Of a DNA stretch of 63,841 bases, positions 41,501 to 55,419 are shown piece by piece. Location: positions 152,582,001-152,645,841 of the forward strand of contig NC_067402.1 in NCBI RefSeq assembly GCF_016432865.1, written 5' to 3'. The DNA is from Antechinus flavipes (taxonomy: Eukaryota). Under the pieces are notes generated by a model that was not told the DNA's origin, searched no databases, and was given only the letters and a program-made list of their open reading frames with translations. How positions within the stretch are numbered: the stretch's first letter is position 1; every line of letters starts with the position of its first letter. The position numbers and the translations under genes were made by a program.

Positions 41501-41935
41501 TTGAAATTTTGGACAACATTTAACCTGCTCCAACTCTTCTTATTTTCTATGAAATAGGTAGGTAAAAGAAAGGATAGATCTCTGGGCCTGAAGCAAGAAA
41601 GTTTTCTAATCTCTATGCATAGATATTTAATTACCTATGTGATCCCAGATAATCTCTGTTTTCTTCAATTTTTCAACTGCAAAATGGGGATCCTAAGAAT
41701 ATCCATGATCCCCTAGTGTTGTTTTAAGAAACATATTTAGCACATATATACTTAATATGCACATCATTGTACATATTACAATGGCACATAAGTATTTAAT
41801 AAAATTGGTTCTCATTCCTCTTCCATGATCACTGAAATTGGTTTTGTATCATATGTATCAGTTCTTAGAGAACCCTGGCATGGAGTTTTCTGGTCCTACT
41901 GATTTGACCTCAGATCATGGAAATAGGTGTTTTTC

Positions 41936-42972
41936 AATGGTCAAAGGATATGAACAAACAATTCTCAGACGAAGAAAATGAAACTATTTCTAGCCATATG
42001 AAAAGATGCTCCAAGTTATTATTAATCAGAGAAATGCAAATTAAGGCAACTCTGAGATACCACTACACACCTGTCAGATTGGCTAGAATGATAGGGAAAA
42101 ATAATGCAGAATGTTGGAGGGGATGTGGGAAAATTGGGACACTGATACATTGTTGGTGGAATTGTGAATACATCCAGCCATTCTGGAACTACACTCAAAA
42201 AGTTATCAAACTATGCATACCCTTTGATCCAGCAGTGTTACTATAGGGCTTATATCCCAAAGAGATTTTAAAGAAAGGAAAGGGACCTGTATGTGCAAGA
42301 ATGTTTGTGGCAGCCCTCTTTGTGGCCAGAAACTGGAAACTCAGTGGATGCCCATCAATTCGAGAATGGCTGAATAAATTGTGGTATATGAATATTGTGG
42401 AATATTATTGTTCTGTAAGAAATGACCAGCAGGATGATTTCAGACAGGCCTGGAGAGACTTACATGAACTGAGACTGAGTGAAATGAGTAGGACCAGGAG
42501 ATCATTATATACTTCAACAACAATACTATATGATGATCAATTCTGATGGACGTGGCCTTCTTCAACAATGAGATGAACCAAATCAGTTCCAATGGAGGAG
42601 TAATGAACTGAACCAGCTACACCCAGGGAAAGAACTCTGTGAGATGACTGTGAACCACTACATAGAATTCCTAATCCCTCTATTTTTGTCCACCTGCATT
42701 TTTGATTTCCTTCACAGGTTAATTGTACACTATTTCAAAGTCCAGTTCTTTTTGTACAGCAAAACAACTGTTCGAACATGTATACATATATTGTATTTAA
42801 CTTATACTTTAACATATTTAACATATATTGGTCAACCTGCCATCCAGGAGAAGGGGTAGGGGGAAGGAGGGGAAAAGTTGGAACAAAAGGTCTTGCAATT
42901 GTCCATGTTGAAAAATTACTCATGCATATATCTTGTAAATAAAAAGTTATTTAAAAAATTAAAGGAAATTAA
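41936..42972 (+). mobile_element. 5'-truncated L1 (ORF2 C-terminus + 3'UTR)
   Basis: Encodes WSKDMNKQFSDEE..LLIREMQIKATLRYHYTP..CWRGCGKIGTLIHCWWNC and MFVAALFVARNWK..; same subfamily as 18105-19212; TSD aaa(t/g)aggtgttttt 41921-41934 / 42973-42986. Confidence 0.95.
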
Positions 42973-43056
42973 AAAGAGGTGTTTTTATTTATCATGAGTA
43001 TCAACTACCTACTTGCCATTTTTGTCATATTCTTTCCAGTACAAAGGTCATTCTTT

Positions 43057-43259
43057 TCTTTTCTTTGCTTTTAATACTATTTTATTTTTCCAAATCCATG
43101 CAAAGATATTTTTCAACATTCACCCTTGTAAAGCTTTGTGTTCCAAATTTTTCTCCCTCTTTTTACTTCTCCCTCTCCTCAAGACAAGAAGCAATTCCAA
43201 GATAGATTGAACACATACAGTTCTTCTAAACATATTTCCACATTTGTCTTGCTGCACAG

Positions 43260-43303
<44 letters not shown>

Positions 43304-44113
43304 AAGCTCAAAAGGGGGAAAACTATAAGAAAGGGGGAAAAACAAGCAAACTAACAACAATAACAAAAGGTGAAAATTCTATGCTTTGACCAATATTCAG
43401 TCTTCATAGTTCTCTCTCTAGATATGGATGGCTTTTTCCATCATACGTTTATTGGAATTGCCTTGAATCACTTCATTGTTGAAAAGAGCCAAGTCCATTA
43501 CACTGATTATCACATAATTTTGTTGTTACTGTGTTAATGTTCTTTTGGTTCTGCTCACTTCACTTAGTAGCAGTTCATATTAGTCTTTCCAGGCCTTTCT
43601 GAAATCAACATGCTCATCATTTCTTACAGAACAATAATATTCCATTATGTTCATACATCAAAACTTGTTCAGCCAGTCCTCAAGTCAAGGGCATCCACTC
43701 AATTCCTAGGTCCTTGATATTACAAAAAGAACTTGCTAAGATAGTTTTTTGCACATGTGGTTTCTTTTTTCCTTTTTTTGATCTCTTTGGGATATAGAGC
43801 CAATCAGAGACATTACTGAATGAAAGAGTATGCAGAGTTTTATAGCCTTTTGGGCATAGTTCCAAATTGCTCTTCAGAATGGTTATATTATTCACAGTTC
43901 CACCACCAATGCACAATTCCACCGATTTTTCCACATCCCCCTCCCACAATTATCATTACCTTTTCCTGTTATCTTAGTCAACCTGAGTGATGGGAAATGG
44001 TACCTCAGAATTGTCTTAGTTTGCATTGCTTTAATTAATAATATTTTAGAGCATTTTTCATATGAGCATAGTTTTTATTTCTTCATCTGAAAATTGTCTG
44101 TTTATATCCAATA
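43057..44113 (-). mobile_element. 5'-truncated older L1
   Basis: Reverse ORF2 C-terminus (ILKSNLELCPK..) and 3'UTR with an internal (CA)n; 10-bp TSD gtcattcttt 43047-43056 / 44114-44123. Confidence 0.9.
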
Positions 44114-47084
44114 GTCATTCTTTAAAAGATGACAGAAGCAAATTTAAAGTTGAACAACTATGCTTTCTCTTTGTATCTTAGTTATCATCATCCTATTCAT
44201 GTTATTCAGTAGTTCTGACTGTTCTTCCCTCAGCTTACGCTAAATGGAAGAGAGGAATTTGGGATTAAATTGGTTTGATTTGGAATTCAACAAGAAAAAA
44301 GGATGAAGGACATTTTATGCATCAATCTCAATCAATCAAGACTTAAAGCTATATGCCTTTGGGGCTCAGACAGGGCAGAGAAGAAGCCATTTTTGTCTGA
44401 AGTGTATAGAGAATGGAAGAGAATGATTCAGATAGTGCTATCATTTATGGTAGTAATGGTAAAAATGATGAGTATTACTATCTTAATCAAAATTGAGGTA
44501 AGCTTCCTCTTTGAAGAATTTATAACTGTGGGAATCTCTTACTTTCAGGGCAAGTAATAAAAATACACATGTCTTAGGTTTCAAAGTGTCTAATGATTAT
44601 AGTACTTTACCCTCATTTGAGAGAAAATTAAAGTAACAACTATAAGCAATAGTTTTAATTACCCAAATTAAATACTTTTGTCTTCAACACATTAATAAGA
44701 AAATAAAAAAATAACTTTCTGAATGATTTTATCATAAGCCATAATATTATTGAATTTTAGAACTGAAAGATACCACATAAACATAATTATTGTTGAGTCA
44801 GTTTTTGAGGTATTTGGAAGAAAAGTTTTGTGATATTTTATTTTTATTTCTTTAATTTGTCCATACTTGAATTCAAAATGCATCAACATAATTTAAGAAA
44901 GAGAAACAATCTTATCTACAAGATTCTGCAACTCTCATTTTCTTTTCCATTAATATTTGACTATGAGGAAATATTTATCTAACAAGCAATAATCACCTGC
45001 ATACTATGTGAATATTAATATAATTTCAACAAATAATTAATCAGATGAGTAAAAACATGAGCACTACACAAAAGCATGAAAATATAAGCAGTTGGCTATC
45101 TTTTTTCTTGTTAAAAGTTTTATTTTTTGAAAAAGCCATTTTTAAACACTTCTAAAGACACATGAAGATAAAAAGATATAATGACCTTTATGCTTGTCAA
45201 ATCAAACATCTTCTATTAGAGTCTGTAGTTTTTCTTTCTTTCTTTTTTTTCCACTAGTTCAGCATCTTGATTTCACCTGTCTGACTATTGAAGAGATACT
45301 GCTCTCCTGTCACTGAAGAAAAAAAAAATCCATTATTGTGACTGTCCTATTGTCATGTCCATCTAAGAACTTTCATTATACAGCAATTAATGGTCTACAA
45401 AGAATTTTGTATAACATTATTTAATTAGATACTTCCAACTCTGTGAAACAGATGCTAGTATTATGCCCCACATATGTGGAAAGAGAAGCAGAGAGAGAAG
45501 TAATGTATATTTTTCAGATATTGTATTTTTCCACACAGATATCAAGTTTATAATGTAATATTTAAACATAGTTCTTCCTGAGTCTACATTCAGCACTTAC
45601 TCTATCTACTATTCCATTTTGCTTCTCAATCTCAGTGCTAATAGATTCAATTTTGAATGTTTTAAATGGTAAAAATAGGATGTTATAGATTTGTTAATAT
45701 TTTATAATATTTTGCAAATTTTATAAATTAAGAAATTTATAATTATAAATTATAATTAAAAATAAATACCTTAAATCTAATTATATATATATATATATAT
45801 GAGTATCTGTATATATATGTATGTGTGTCTGTGTTTTGTAATAGATGTTCTCTAGAATTTTGGGAAACTCACTCGAAGATCATTGGAAAAAATGGACAAG
45901 AATTGCATAGAGTGAAGTGCCAAAGCATTTTTTTTTAAAACCAGGAGATGGCACATCCCTACTCAAGGAATCAGGGATCCCTTAATATAATCCTTTTACT
46001 TTTCTTCATCTTTGTTAGCTCAATTTAATAATAAAGCATTACATTTAAATTTTTTATTGATTTACCAAACTTAAATATTGATTCTATTTGCAAACATGTA
46101 TTTCAAAATTAAAATAATTGTTTCACCTTCTGTAATAGAATATTTCTTTCAATGAAATTCAACAAAGATATTATTACTGTAACATTGCTGATGATTTTCC
46201 AGATTAAGTATATTTATCACTATCCATACAAAATCTTTCATATAAGCTAAAAGAAGCCAGCAATGTTTTCAGCTGCAAAAAAATAAAAAAAGCATTTGAA
46301 CTCAAAAATAAAACTACTACTTTGGCTCCTCCAAATGGGGCAATTTCTTTTTATATCGTGTAAGAGGTTTGAGGTAAGACATACTGTAACAATTTCAAGA
46401 AACTCAACAGCATAAAAACTGTAGTCAAAGACTTTCATACTAACTTATATGATTATTCTTGTGCTTTGTTTAGAGCAAATAGCCATTGTTTCTCATCCCT
46501 TATTACCATATTTTTCCTTATTTACCATTCACCACTATAATTAAAATGACATTTTATCAATCCTCATCTTTCCTGACCTATCTGCAGCATTTGACAGAAT
46601 CACCTTCTCTTTAAGTTTCCTTGACACAGCTGTCACCTGTAATCCTTCTATCTGTTCAAATGTTCCTTTTTAGTCTCCCTTGCTGGTCCATCATCTATGT
46701 GATGCTTACTGATCAAAAGGGTCCTAACAGAGTTTGTCCTGGACTCTCCATTTTACAAAATGGTTCGTGGTATTCTCACTCACTTTCATAGTTTCAATTA
46801 TCATTTCAATGCAAATGACTCTCAAATCTATATATTCAGCCCTAATATTTCTAATATTCTTCATGCATATACTCCTATATATCTTTTATTACCCTATTTT
46901 TTATATGTTATTTCCCCTATCTGAATGAAAGTTACTTGAGGACAACAAATATGTTTTTCCCTTTCTTATGTTCCTATACTTTCCACAGTGCTAAATATAT
47001 AGTAAAGATTTAAAAAATGCTAGTTGACAAAATAATAATAATAATATCAAGTAGAGAATCCCCTTATTTTTATAAATTTGAAAA

Positions 47085-48322
47085 ATGAGGCTTTTTCAGA
47101 GAAAATTTCTGAAAATTTTTCCAGTGTCACATTTTCCTCTAATGTTGACTGATGTTTATACAAAAACTTTTTATTTTTGTTTAATCAAAATTGTCTATTT
47201 TACTTCCCTATTTCATTTATCCATATATCTTATAAGTACATTTTTCCATGCTGCCCAAATGATATCACACTTTATGTCTAAATTATGTATCCATTTTGAT
47301 CTTATTTTGATATACAATGTACTTTTTTAGTTTTCCTAGGAATTTTTGCCAAATAGTGAGTTCTTGCCCCCAAAGCTTGGATCTTTGATTTTATCAAACG
47401 GTAGTTTACTATGATTTTTGCTATTTTATCATGTCTGACTCTTGATAATCACACAGATCATAATCTCCATGGTTTTTTGTTTTGTTTTGTTTTTTTCAGG
47501 GGAGAGAAAAGATAGTAGAGTAGTTTGCCATTTTCTTTTCAAGTGGATTGAGGAAATTGGTTTGTAATTTTCTTTTTCTGTCTTTGCTATCCCTGATTTA
47601 AGCATCAAAACCATCTTTGTGTCATAAAAGAAATTTGGTAGGACATTTTTTCTGTTTCTTCAAATAGTTTTTATAGTATTAGAATGAATTGTTCTTTAAA
47701 TGTTTGGTAGAATTCACTTGTAAATACAGGCTTCAGGTTCTTTGTGTTTTTTTCAGTTTTCAAAGTTGGTTCTGGGGGTCTGAAAGTTTTCAGTCCTTCC
47801 AAGGCATTGTGATCTGGGATCACTGCTCTCTTGGTCTGCACTCTGGTCTTTACCCAAAAAGGACCCATATTTTCTTAGGATTATAATTCATACTATCCCT
47901 TCTTGACTTCTTGACTAAAAGTGCTCCTCTCAGTCTTTGAATTATTACCTAGAGGTGGGTATAAGCAAACAGCATCTGGTCTCCTGGTGCTGGAACATGG
48001 GTACTTTCTAATCACTTTCTGACCAGTTGCCAGGCCCCCTTACTGTCTCTGGCTTGAAAGCTCCTAAAGTTGCTGATACTTCTGTCACTACCACCACTAG
48101 TGTTTCATCCATGTGGGCTCAGGGCCAGCCTCCTTCTCTGTTTCAAAGATCTCTCTTTACAAACTTTTATGTTGTCTTGGACTACAAGAATATATCATTC
48201 TGACCTTTTGTTGGCTCTGTCATTCAAAATTCGATTTGAGACATTATTTTAAATTGTTTTAAGGGGAATGTTGGAAGAGCTCAAATGTGTGCTTTCTCTA
48301 CTCCACCAACTTGGCTCCACCT
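47085..48322 (-). mobile_element. Internally deleted L1 retaining its 5' end, interrupted by a MAR1-type SINE (about 47428-47560)
   Basis: The minus strand starts ggtggagccaagttggtggagtagag (L1 5' terminus), runs about 600 bp of 5'UTR, jumps to ORF2 FTSEFYQTFKEQ..KTEKENYKPIS, then to a later ORF2 piece. Confidence 0.75.
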
Positions 48323-49636
48323 CTGGAAGTCCATCAACTTGATGGACCAATTTGAACACAGTGAAGCAGTCTGGATAATTAATTGCTTGGTTCATTTTTT
48401 TTTACATTATTAGGAACAGTTTTCCTATGTGACATGTAACCTGACAGAAACAATGCAATCCTCCATATTAACACAAATGCCTAGAATGCATTGCTTCTTC
48501 AACTTTGCCTCTTAGAAATTTTTTCCTTCTTTTAGGACTCAGCTCACTTGCTACCTCTATGAAACTATCCCTGACCCCCTGCCTTCATTTAGGTCTTTAC
48601 ATGTTACTTGGTATTACTTACCTATATATATGTTATGTACATATGAATATGTATATATAAAAATATAGATATGTAAGTATGCAGCTCATTTTAATAACAC
48701 CTTGAGAACAGCAATTATTTACTTTTCAAATTGTAGTACGAACAGCTAGTATAAGATTTTATGCTTGTTTAATTGAATTATTTTTTTCTGCTCATAATTC
48801 AATTTATGGAAGATAAAAATAGCACATTTAGAGATTTCTCAAAAATGACCACCAATATTTAATATAAACATCATAAAGTTGGTCACATTTTAATTTATAG
48901 AATTTTCTCTCATAAGGGGTGAATTGGTTATCAATGTATACTGTATTTCATTTTTTAAAAGCCTAAAGGTATTTTTTTTTAGTAGCTATTTCATTAATTC
49001 AACTATCAATTCTAATATTGGTGGTGTAGTGCTGACATCATGTGGTACATTTGGGAAGTAACTAGTATATATACTATATTCTAGGGCATTGGCTATTTTC
49101 TCTTTTGTCACTCTTTGGTAAATTTTCAGTGAAGCATTGAAATTCTTATAATTATTTGTCAGAAGTATGGTTATAAATGTTCTTGTTTTATTTGAGAACA
49201 AATTAGATTTGTAAGTTAGCATCATATTCTATTGAACATTATGTATGTCTGCTTTAGGGTACATGTAGCATACATATGTCATTTATTATGAATATTCTGC
49301 AAATAACTCTGCATTAAAAAAAAAAAACACTAGTAAGTATATGGAGCCAAAAGATTCAGCTGAAAATCAATCCTCTACTAATCATAAACGATTCATTGAC
49401 CTAGCATGTACACACGTGCATAAACAGACACTCTCCAAAATAAACTTCAAGCAGGCTCAAAGCCAGATAAAACCATTGGAATAAATCCTAAAATTTTAAA
49501 ACTAGGACTCTAGGGGATCAAAAAAGGAGCTCTTTACCAAAATTATGTTATTTCTCATGCTGGGAAACCTAAGCACTGAATGATCTGTCAAACATTTAAT
49601 TCACTTATAATTACAGATACTTGCTGACCTATGTAC

Positions 49637-50150
49637 AGAATCATAGAATCATAGAATTTCAGAACTTGAAGAGACCTCAAGGATGACTTACAACCACACA
49701 TGCTGCCAAAAAGAATCCCTTCTGCAAGACACAAAATGGTCTAAATAACTAGCCTTTGCTAGATAAGTGGGTCTACTATCTCTTGACATAGCTGTTTTAT
49801 TTTTGATGAGATAATTTTTAGGAAGTTTATTAAAGCTAAATTTGTCTAAGTACTTTCCGCTCTTTGTTTCTATTTCTTTGTGGGGCAAAACAGCTCAAGT
49901 TTAATCCCTCTTTTATATGAAGTGATTTGAAAAGAGCTATCTTATCTGCCTGAAAGTTTTCTCCTCCATTGTAACAATTCTTAGTTCAGTTCTGTCAATT
50001 GATCCTTATATGACTTGAACCCTATCATTCTTCTGGGAGCCCTCCTTGAAATATTCTAGAATATGTCAATATCTTAAAAAGTAGTTCTAAGAACATGAAA
50101 TAACTTGGACAAAATAGAGCAGAATTACCTCCTCTTTATTCTTTATTTTC
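49637..50150 (-). mobile_element. L3/CR1 3' region relic
   Basis: agaatcatagaatcatagaatttcagaacttgaagagacct is the reverse CR1 3' terminal repeat, followed by diverged CR1 body. Confidence 0.55.
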
Positions 50151-50963
50151 TCAGTGCAGCAGTGTTCTTTTAGTAAAATGCAGTGGTTACTTCCTTCCAA
50201 AATAGAAGATCAGATAAAAAATAGAATTTCCTATTTTTGCTTTTTCTACCATCTGAAATATGGCATTATTATTATTGACTAATAAAGAAGTTATTAGTAT
50301 CTCTGCCTTTAATAGAGATCTAGAGCTTTAGTTGGTGTCTCCATAATTGTAATCTCATTGTTATAGTATGAGTCCTCTGCTCAGCACCTATGATATATCC
50401 AGAAATCATCTATTTCCTTTCTGTCAATCTTTTCTTTATGTATATATCTTCCTATGGAAAACCAATGATTATACGAATTTTCTTTCTCTCTACTATATGA
50501 GCTTGTTTTCTATATCATCCTCTTAGCCTCCAGTCCAGAGATGAGTTTTGTTAAGTAGTGATATATGAGAAGTATTGTAGGAAGGAAAGGTAAATCCATG
50601 CATATACTCCTCAATCACTTATTGCTATCCTATAAAATCATATCTGTCCAAATTCTTTTTTTTAACAGAGCCACTTGAATATGATCTCCCTCTTTCTCTT
50701 CCCTCCTTCCTTTTCCATTTTTCTTGAACTAGAAAGTCTGATCTTTTCTTCCATTTCTTAATGTGAAAAGTCCTGAATCTGAATCTTGCTTTCCTTTAGA
50801 GAGATGACAAATGTAACTTTCTCCAGCTCTTTATGTACAATCACCTATCAGTGTCATTGAGTGACTATGGTTTTCCACTTCAAAAAGAAAGAGCCACAGA
50901 TAAAAGAAATAAAGCTAAAAACAGCAAGACAGAGACCAAGAGAGGCAAAGACAGAGATAGAGG

Positions 50964-50998
<35 letters not shown>

Positions 50999-51110
50999 CA
51001 TACATACACACAGATAGTCATAGATCATAGAAGAGTATGAAACAGAGGAATGAGGTGAGTTGAAGCAAAGGAGAGAGCCTCTTAATTATATTCTTCACTC
51101 CCACTTCTAT

Positions 51111-51253
51111 TCAGTACTCTCTCAAGCTATCATCCTTTTTTAGGTTCTTCGCTGGCTCTAAGCCCATAGTGAAATAATACTGTGAACTATCCTCCAGTCT
51201 TATCTTATTGTCATCAGGAATCTCATCACCAGTCATTGTTTGAAATTAGAACT
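51111..51253 (-). CDS. Candidate terminal exon of the unnamed membrane-protein gene
   Basis: Acceptor ccttttttaatgccttag|; the phase-1 frame reads EF* then, in the same frame, FQTMTGDEIPDDNKIRLEDSSQYYFTMGLEPAKNLKKDDSLREY*. Confidence 0.3.
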
Positions 51254-51849
51254 CTAAGGCATTAAAAAAGGATTTGTACATCAAAATCATGCTGTTTTTC
51301 ATGAGAGTTAACATAAACATGGAGTGCATTTATATTTAATGAAGCTATTAAATAGATTTATGTATCTGAAGTCAGAAATATCTAAATTCAAAACTTTCTA
51401 AAACACTTACTAGCTGTGTGACTCTGGGCAAATCATTTAAGTTCTTTCTGCCTCAATTTCCCTATTTGAAAAATGTCAAAAGTACAACACAACCAAAAAA
51501 GTTCTTTAAAAGAGGGAGGGGGAGGAAGAATGCTAAATTAAGAGAAAGGCTACGTGAAATCAAATATGACCTAAAGGTTTTAAGCTTAGGTGACTGAAAT
51601 GATAATAATTTCAACAACCCGAGCATTGAAATTCAGAAAAAAGACACCTGAAAAAGGGTCAGAGGTGAAGGAAATGATGTTCTTATATGTTGAATTTGCA
51701 ACAAAATTCAGGTACAGATATCCAGCAAGCAATTGGAGATACAATATTTAGTTCAGGGGACAGCTAAGATCTCAAGTTAAGAAATTCTAAAATTGCCTAT
51801 ATACACAGAACTTTTCAAACCCTTCAAGTATTTCCAGGGCAATGAGCTG

Positions 51850-52270
51850 ATACAGTGAAGAGAATCTTGGGACTGGAGTAAAAAAGACATCTTCTTGACA
51901 TGAGTTTAAAGACACTATCTGTGTGGCTCTGGGAAAGTCACTTTATCCTATTCCCTTCAGTTTCTTCATCTGTAAAATTATATGAAGAAGAAAATGGCAA
52001 ACTACTACAGTATCTCTGCCAAGAAAACCCCAACTGGAGTTATGAAGAAGCAAGTGGGTGGTGCAGGGATAGAGCACTTGACCTGAAGTCATGGAGACCT
52101 GAGTTCAAATCCAGCTTCAAACACTTATTAGCTATGTGTGAGTCTGGAATGATCACTTAATATAACTTTCCCATTTGTAAAATGGGTGGGAGAAAGGGAT
52201 GGCAAACCACTTCAGTATCCCTGCTAGGAAAAAACCAATTGAGGATCACAATGGATACAATTGGGGGAAA
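51850..52270 (+). mobile_element. Two adjacent MAR1-type SINEs
   Basis: Two successive head/CORE/tail units, each ending atggcaaac.ac..cagtatc..tgc.a.gaaaa. Confidence 0.6.
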
Positions 52271-52355
52271 AACAACAACAATAAGTAAAGCCAAATAGAA
52301 GAAGCAAGGAAAGTCCTAAGGGGACATCTACAAAAGGCATTAGAAGAGGATTATA

Positions 52356-52645
52356 CCCTATATTTTTGCCTGCCTGCATTTTTTATATTCTTCATAGGCC
52401 AATTGTACAATGTTTCAGAGTCCAATTCTTTTTGTACAGCAAAATAATGATTTGGTCATGTATGCTTATTTTGTATCTAATTTATACTTTAATATATTTA
52501 ACATGTATTGGTCATCCTGCCATCTAAGGGAGGGGTGGGGGGAAGGAGGGGAAAAATTGGAACAAAAGGTTTGGCAATGATCAATGCTGTAAAATTACCC
52601 ATGCATATAACTTGTAAATAAAAAAAAACTATTAAAAAAAAAAAA
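52356..52645 (+). mobile_element. Short 5'-truncated L1 (3'UTR only)
   Basis: L1 3'UTR with G-rich tract, AATAAA and A tail; perfect 14-bp TSD agaagaggattata 52342-52355 / 52646-52659. Confidence 0.93.
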
Positions 52646-53062
52646 AGAAGAGGATTATAACAAAAAAGAGGCTGAAGAAGAATGAGCAGAAGTAAAATCA
52701 TAAAAGAATGAGAGAAAATCCAGGAGGAAAAACTATCAATAATGTCAAATGCTGCAACTAGCTTAAGGGGTTAAATAATTCTTAATATTAATTAATAATA
52801 AAAATAGCTCAAATAATTCTTATATTTGAAAAGGTGATGAGATTTTAGCACTTTTGACCTTAGAATTGCAGTCTCAGAAATGGTGCAAAGTTAGATGAAA
52901 AGGTCCAATTCATTTTACATTTAGAAAAACAATCCATGAAATCAATATTATTGGTAACATTATTATAATTGACATTTAAGGCTACCTCTTTATTCATAGA
53001 TTTTTGCAAAGCTGTAAACATTGAGAATATGTGTATTTTTTTTAAACTTATCTGCCTCTTAC

Positions 53063-53099
53063 CAGGATCAAGTGCGCGTCCATCATAAACTGTTGCCAT
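53063..53099 (-). CDS. Candidate 37-nt exon (cytoplasmic tail)
   Basis: Strong acceptor ttttattttttcattttcttatag| and donor ctg|gtaaga; retains CGCG in a CpG-poor region; phase-0 frame MATVYDGRALDP. Confidence 0.5.
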
Positions 53100-54352
53100 C
53101 TATAAGAAAATGAAAAAATAAAATGTATTACTTTATCCCAAATGTGTCTTCATATTACTACATGGTAGTACAGTCAATGCTTTTTCTGCTATATAAATAG
53201 AATTTAAACTTTTTTCTGTTTGTTATTCATACTATTTTAGAATCACTAATATAACATTGAATCACAATAATTTATAACCTAAGTAATAATTTGAAGCATC
53301 AAGATACTGTAGACTGAAAATAAGGAGGCCTGGCTTCTTATGCTGGTACTACCAATTTATTTTATGAAATTTGATAAAGTACCTCACTTCAATGGACCTC
53401 AATTTTTTCAATGGTAAAATTAGGAAGTTGGAATAATGGATATTAGTTCTAAAATTATATTACTCTAAGCTAATTCTTATTGTGTGTATATATGTATATA
53501 ATTCCATTATTTCTATATATACATATATACCACCTATACATACATGCATAATATAGGCATATGCCTGTATAAATATCTATCACATATATATATATATACA
53601 CATACATATACATGACAGAATATATAAACAGTTGCTTCTATCATTTAAACCTTGTTTCCACAAAAGGACAAATGTAATTGGTTATTTTATACTTAATGAA
53701 TCCCTTAGTCTTTACTTCTCAGCCTTTACCATATTTTCCAGGAATTCTCAAATTGGTATAATTTACCTCATGGTTTTCAACATTTCAAAGGAACAAAAGC
53801 AAAATAAGTACGAATTTTCTATACTAAAATCTTAGTCCATTAGAATTTTTTACTTTACTATTCTTCATTTAAATAGTTAAAGTTCTTTACCCCTAGTTTC
53901 CAATGGTCATTCATGGGTTAAAGGATTCTAATGTTTGTCTTTTTACATTTCTACTCTTTTATTTCAGTTTTCTATCATGCTTGTTTCCCTTTTTGTTTTT
54001 TCTTTGTTTATAAGTTTCATTATTTTTGTTCTTACTACATTCTATTCCCCTGCAAGCTTGAAGGGTCAGAAGTGCTGGGTTTAATAACACTGATTTAATT
54101 TTCCTCTTTATACTTACATTTTCATTTCCAGGTAGTAATGTTGGCTTTGCATTTGACTTTTGTTGATTGTTAAGTGAGTCCACATTCCTAAATAATACCA
54201 TCAAAGAAATATTGAGAATCTATGCACAGGCATTTTCCCCTAATATTTTGTCTCTAATTGTAATCAAACTACATATTGTTGGAGAAAAAATAATATGTGA
54301 ACATGGTTGTATCAAGAATTACTCAGCACAGAATCAGGAACTAACAGAATAC

Positions 54353-54416
54353 ACATTCATCATATAGAGGATTTGTGTTTTTATCTTCAGGAGGCACTCC
54401 TGGTAATTCTTTCTAC
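54353..54416 (-). CDS. Candidate exon (cytoplasmic tail, NPxY frame)
   Basis: Acceptor tattttatctag|gtag|; the phase-2 frame from the first AG is R*KELPGVPPEDKNTNPLYDEC; donors weak (gaat|gtgtat, tgt|gtattc), boundaries ambiguous. Confidence 0.4.
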
Positions 54417-54979
54417 CTAGATAAAATATACAATGCATAATTCAGAAGTTCAGTTTTAGGACTTGCCTAAGGAATGGAACAGTTAAGTGATTTGCCCAGG
54501 TGTCATAACTTTCATATCTAATAATTGTCAGAAATGAAAATTGAATCCAACTTTATGCCCATTCACTCTGTGTTTTTCTGTATATCTCTCTCAATCTCTG
54601 TCTCTGTCTTTATTCCTTTCTTTGTCTTTCTCTCTGTTTTTCTTCTGTCTCTGACTCTGTCTCTTTTTCTCTTTTTCTCTCTTAGTTAGCCTTATTTATA
54701 TAGTGAAGGAAAGTGGCGAAGGGACTGGGCAACTATTGCACATGCTCATAAGTAAATGACATATGCCTTCTGCAAAAGCCTATGTTACAGTTGCTAAGCA
54801 GGAAAAATTAATCCTAAAATTAAACTAATTTTTTTCAAAAATTATAAAATTAATTGTGATCATTTAAATTAAAAATAATGCATATAATTTTAACTATGTC
54901 CTCACCTTTAAAATGTATTGGAATCATTGTTAAAATCTTAAAGATGAGATTAACAGACAAATATGAGCTCTTCTCTTAC

Positions 54980-55072
54980 CTGGGCATCTCAATGATCTCC
55001 TTAGTACTAACGCTTGGCTGGCTCACTTGATGCTGGTAACAATTGGGAAAGAATCTTGAACATCCCGAAGCA
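54980..55072 (-). CDS. Candidate 93-nt exon, juxtamembrane tail
   Basis: Acceptor ttgtttccttaaaattag|, donor cag|gtaaga; only the phase-2 frame is open: (D)ASGCSRFFPNCYQHQVSQPSVSTKEIIEMP; phase matches the upstream exon. Confidence 0.55.
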
Positions 55073-55419
55073 CTAATTTTAAGGAAACAATATATGCTGA
55101 CATGAGATACATAGTCACTCAAAGCATAAGTAGTTAACATTAATATTGATGAAATAGTTGCTAATCAATATTCACACAAGGTACACTATGTCTATGGAAA
55201 CACTTATTTCCAAACCATCCTCTACACAGCTGATGAAGTAATTTACCCAAATTCAAGTCTACTATGTTATTCTTTTCTTTAAAAATCTTCATTGGCTCCC
55301 TATTGCCTGTGGAATGAAATACAAATTTCTGAGTTTAATATTTAAAGCCCATCCATACCTACTATTCCCATCTCATTTCTCATTATCCCCTTTTATTTCA
55401 AGTAGAAAAGGAAGATAGA

